From NCBI GenBank assembly GCA_010909165.1, contig VJWM01000107.1:186001-250000 (forward strand): a stretch of DNA of 64,000 nt, read 5' to 3'. The notes beneath the pieces are model-generated. The model ran no database searches. It was not told where the DNA came from and saw nothing but the letters and a program-made list of their open reading frames with translations. Both the position numbers and the translations under genes were made by a program. Origin of the DNA: Anthoceros angustus (taxonomy: Eukaryota; Plantae; Anthocerotophyta). Position 1 is the first letter of the stretch, and every line of letters begins with the position of its first letter. Of the stretch, positions 60,346 through 64,000 are shown piece after piece.

Positions 60346-60699
60346 GCACCCACCCACATACTCTAGATGCGCATACATAAAAGCAATTTATGTTGAATTG
60401 TTCTTGCATCCATATTTTCATGTTTATGTTGTTCATCACCTCAAGACCACTAAATGACTATTCAAAACTATAAATTGTTCTCAGCTTTGACTACCATGTT
60501 CGTTATGACCCTCTATTTACCCGATATTACGAACACATTTCCGAATAATGTGCAAATCAGTAAAAAAGGAACGAGAAAATTTCAAAATTATTTTTCTAGG
60601 CACAGACCTTTTGAAGTCATCAAATGGCTCGAAGGATTATTTTACTCTCTTCAATATGTGCAAAAGACATCTCTTTACTTTCGGTGAAGTCTACATCTC

Positions 60700-61720
60700 A
60701 TGTTATTCATGACACGTTGTTTATAGATTATGGAGCATTCTTATACATGACTCTGCATAGGTCATGGTTCGCAACATACAAGGATCATCGGGATAGTGAC
60801 CAGAAGGTGTATCTTGGAACAAAAGGTATATGGTCAAGGGAGAAAGGAGCATCCGAATCAAGTTACTGAGTGGAGATGTGAAATACCTTAAGGAGATACA
60901 GTATGATCCAGGCTTGGCCATTAATTGAGTATCAAGCAAAATGGCCGATCAAGATATGAAGGCATTTTTCGATAAAGAATTTTTATTGTGTGGTAAAGTC
61001 TCATGATGAGAAAATCATTGCAAGGGGAGTGGATTATGGAAGTTTATACAAGCTTTGTGAAAATGTAGTCATGAACTGTAATTATCTGGTTGGTGTACCC
61101 AAGAAATCAAGAACTAAGCTTTGGCATGAAACGCCTGGGACATTTAGGCGTTGATAACTCGAAGTTAATGATGTGGTCTAACATGGTGAAAGGCTTGGAT
61201 CTAATACAAGTTGAAGTTCTGGAGGTCTATGACGGATGTGCATTAGGAAAGCAACACAAACATTCTTTCCCAAAGGAAGCCCATTGGAGAGCCAAAGAGG
61301 CATTTGAGTTGTTGATACACATAGACGTATGTGGGCCAATGAGGACGATCTCGCTTCGGGGGCCTAGGTACTTTGTCAAGTTTATGGATGATTACACTTG
61401 ATGGACAGCAGTAAGGTTGAGACTGAAATCTTGATGGATAGAAAAATCCAGAGGCTGCAAAGTGATTCAGGAGGTGAGTATACATCGAAAAAACTTGAAG
61501 AGTTATGTGAAAGCCATGGACTTGTAACGTGATGCAAAGAACTGAATGCAAAGAATTGGGCTTATCTAACATGTGTGTGAGTTAGAGTGTTAGGATTGAT
61601 CCACACTTCGTTACTACACAAAGTGTGATTAGTGTTGTGTGGCTAGGAGATGGCCAAGAATATCTACTTGTTGGAATAAAAGCCAAGCACACTCTGAGCT
61701 GTGTGTGCCCGTTGTTTGTG
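60700..61720 (+). mobile_element. Degenerate Ty1/Copia relic (protease region, GAG-pre-integrase, integrase core)
   Basis: LWH..LGHL, CALGKQHK, LIHIDVCGPM, YFVKFMDDYT and QSDSGGEYTS, with many stops. Limits approximate. Confidence 0.85.
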
Positions 61721-62609
61721 TGCCCTAAAAGACCCCAGTTCAGCAAGATTGTGCTGGTGTGTGTGATCCCTCAGCAGGGAATTTGACACCATGAACCCCT
61801 TTCTCGGAGTGCCTAGAAAAGAATGTGACGAAGGAGTTGAGATACGCCATTATCATGCTCTTACATCCATTGCTTGTTCCTTGCATGTCAACTATCCAAG
61901 TCTGGCATCACATCGGGTGACGCATCTTGGAGCATCCGCGTTCACCTGGTGGGCACCGAGTGCAACTCGTAAGCAGCCACTCTCCACAATCTCATACGTA
62001 GCATGGCATAATAAGGTGAAGGTTCCTCATTCTCAGAAGTGGCATCGTCGGAGCGACATAAAGACAATCTCGACTGTAGCGAAGCATTTCTCGCTGTGTG
62101 AGGAGCGTGACAATCAATGGGAACGGAACTTAACCAACCAACTGCACCATGTGAGCTTAACGACCTGAGGTGGTGGCGCATCTGTGGCCGTCCAAGGGCT
62201 CCATCCCACGGCTGTGGCGGCTGCCGGGCGTGGCCTCCCCGCAGCCTCCAGTTAGCTGGTGTGGCGTGAAAAGCGGCTGTCACTGACTTGCTTGCGGGAA
62301 TCACAGGAGGTATACAGCCAGGGCCTACATATCTTTGGAATTCGGATAAGTGGTGAAAACGGGCAGGCAAAACACATCATGGGCTGCGCGTCGCAGGAAA
62401 CAACAGTTCCGAGTCCGGACGCTGCCGCAGCCACCAGGGTCCACCAACGGAATCGCCTCGCGATCGGATGCTGCGGCGGATGCTGCCATACTGCTGTGCG
62501 TGTCTGTTAAATTTGGGAGTGCCCATTTGGAGCTCGCCTCGCCCGGTCCGCAGGGGAATGTAGCTGCAGACTGCTGGGAAGCCGGTGCCGGGAGCTGCAG
62601 CTTGGGGGG

Positions 62610-63941
62610 ATGGCCTCCCTGAGAGTGTTGGGTCAGGGCGGCATTGGGTCGCAGCAGACGGGGTCCGGGCAACGGCGGGCTCCTGTTGGGCTGTGCTATC
62701 AGGAGAGGAGAATGTTGGGTTCGGGGTTCGGGAGAATGTGGGGCTCGGAATTGCTCGGCTCCGAGGCAGGGAGGGGGTTTTTGCCAGGGGTGAAGGCGGG
62801 GGCCAGGGCCGCCAGCACGTTGCTTGAGCTGGTGCCCGAGGTGAAAAAGGAGAAGCTGAAATTGGAGCTGCCACGCTATGATGCAGGCAGGAGGAAGGCT
62901 GCAGACCTGGTTGTGGTGGGAGCAGGGCCCGCAGGCCTGGCCGTGGCTCAGAGGGTGTCCAAGGAGGGGCTGGATGTGTGCGTCATTGATCCCTCTCCTC
63001 AGAGTGTGTGGCCTAATAATTATGGGGTATGGGTTGATGAATTCGAGGCCATGGACCTGCTGGACTGCCTGGACTACACCTGGGGTAGTGCTGTGGTGTA
63101 TCTGGATGACGACCGGAAGAAGTCGCTGGAGCGGCCTTATGGTAGAGTGAATCGCACTCGCTTGAAGTCCAAGATGTTGGAACAGTGTATAGCGAATGGC
63201 GTGCGATTCTATCAGTCCAAGGTAAGGATTGGGGCTCCCATGACTGGGCACGGTGTTGCAGTGCGCATAAGATGTTTCATGGTTTCATTGTGTGAGGTTG
63301 TCGTGCAGGTCAAGAATGTTGCTCATCTGGAAGATCGGTCCTTCGTTTCATGTGAGGATGATGTGTCCATAGAAGCAGCAGTGGTCCTGGATGCTACAGG
63401 CCACTCTAGGCGGTTGGTGAAGTATGACAAGCCCTTCAATCCGGGGTACCAGATTGCGTATGGCGTAGTTGCAGAGGTGAATCTCAAACTTGTGTCGGAG
63501 GACAGCCCACCTCTGAGGGGCAGATGCTGCTGGAATGTGACATTGACGAATTGAGTTTGTCAATGTCTTCTTCTCTAGGTGGATTCGCATCCTTTTGAAG
63601 TTGACAAGATGTTGTTCATGGACTGGAGGGACTCTCACTTGCGCAGCCAACCTGAACTGAGCAAAGCAAATAAGGAGCTTCCGACGTTTCTGTATGCCAT
63701 GCCGTTCTCTTCAACCAGAATCTTTCTGGGTCTGTATGACTGTTCTTGTCTGAGTAACACCTTCATTCCTTTCAATCCTCATCCGAGTGATTGGTCTCTT
63801 ACTTGTTATCTGTCTCTGTGCTGTAACAGAGGAGACATCGCTTGTTGCAAGGCCAGGAGTGCCAATGGATGTTATCCAGAGGAGGATGGAAGCCCGGATT
63901 AAGCATCTCGGGATCAACATAAGGAGCATCGAGGAAGACGA
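62610..63941 (+). CDS. LCYB: Lycopene beta-cyclase, 5' part; continues past the window end
   Basis: Exons 62610-63221, 63309-63476, 63579-63729 and 63830-63941. Motifs: LLELVPEVKKE, DLVVVGAGPAGLA, WPNNYGVWVDEFEAM, YQIAYGVVAE, MLFMDWRDSH, PTFLYAMPFS, EETSLVARP. Confidence 0.95.
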
Positions 63942-64000
63942 GTAGGATGCTCTCCTCTGCTTCAGACCGTCAGTTTGTGTGTGCGCAGTTGACTAACATG

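Noticed and set aside
62325-63251. 308-aa antisense ORF over LCYB
   Set aside because: A shadow frame of a GC-rich coding exon with no domain features.

Overview
This is gene-dense land-plant nuclear DNA with short GT-AG introns. PLS-class PPR genes with the 'SWW' PG-box variant, a CYP88/KAO-like P450 and an intron-containing LCYB fit a hornwort (Anthoceros-like) or another seed-free plant; the taxon is an inference. Host genes in order: ABCG half-transporter (partial), enoyl-CoA delta isomerase, TMEM41/DedA (with a 1.43-kb tandem duplication), CYP88/KAO-like P450, an orphan disordered protein, a decayed NOT10 paralog, NOT10, a CCHC-KH protein, the SDR-MDR fusion NQR, two head-to-head PLS-PPR editing-factor genes, HGH1 and LCYB (partial). 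Mobile DNA: a Copia 3' fragment with an antisense extra ORF, a Gypsy integrase relic ending in a PHD finger, a complete chromovirus, and a second Copia relic. The best leads are (i) the chromovirus, whose ends are AG...CT rather than TG...CA, fixed by a perfect 5-bp TSD; (ii) the divergent PPR pair with broken DYW domains, one showing reiterated and reshuffled 312-bp PLS triplets (real array remodelling or misassembly); and (iii) the PHD-finger integrase. One-base homopolymer deletions cluster inside repeated sequence, so many frameshifts may be consensus errors. Exon coordinates were read by eye, and homology calls come from motif recognition, not database searches.
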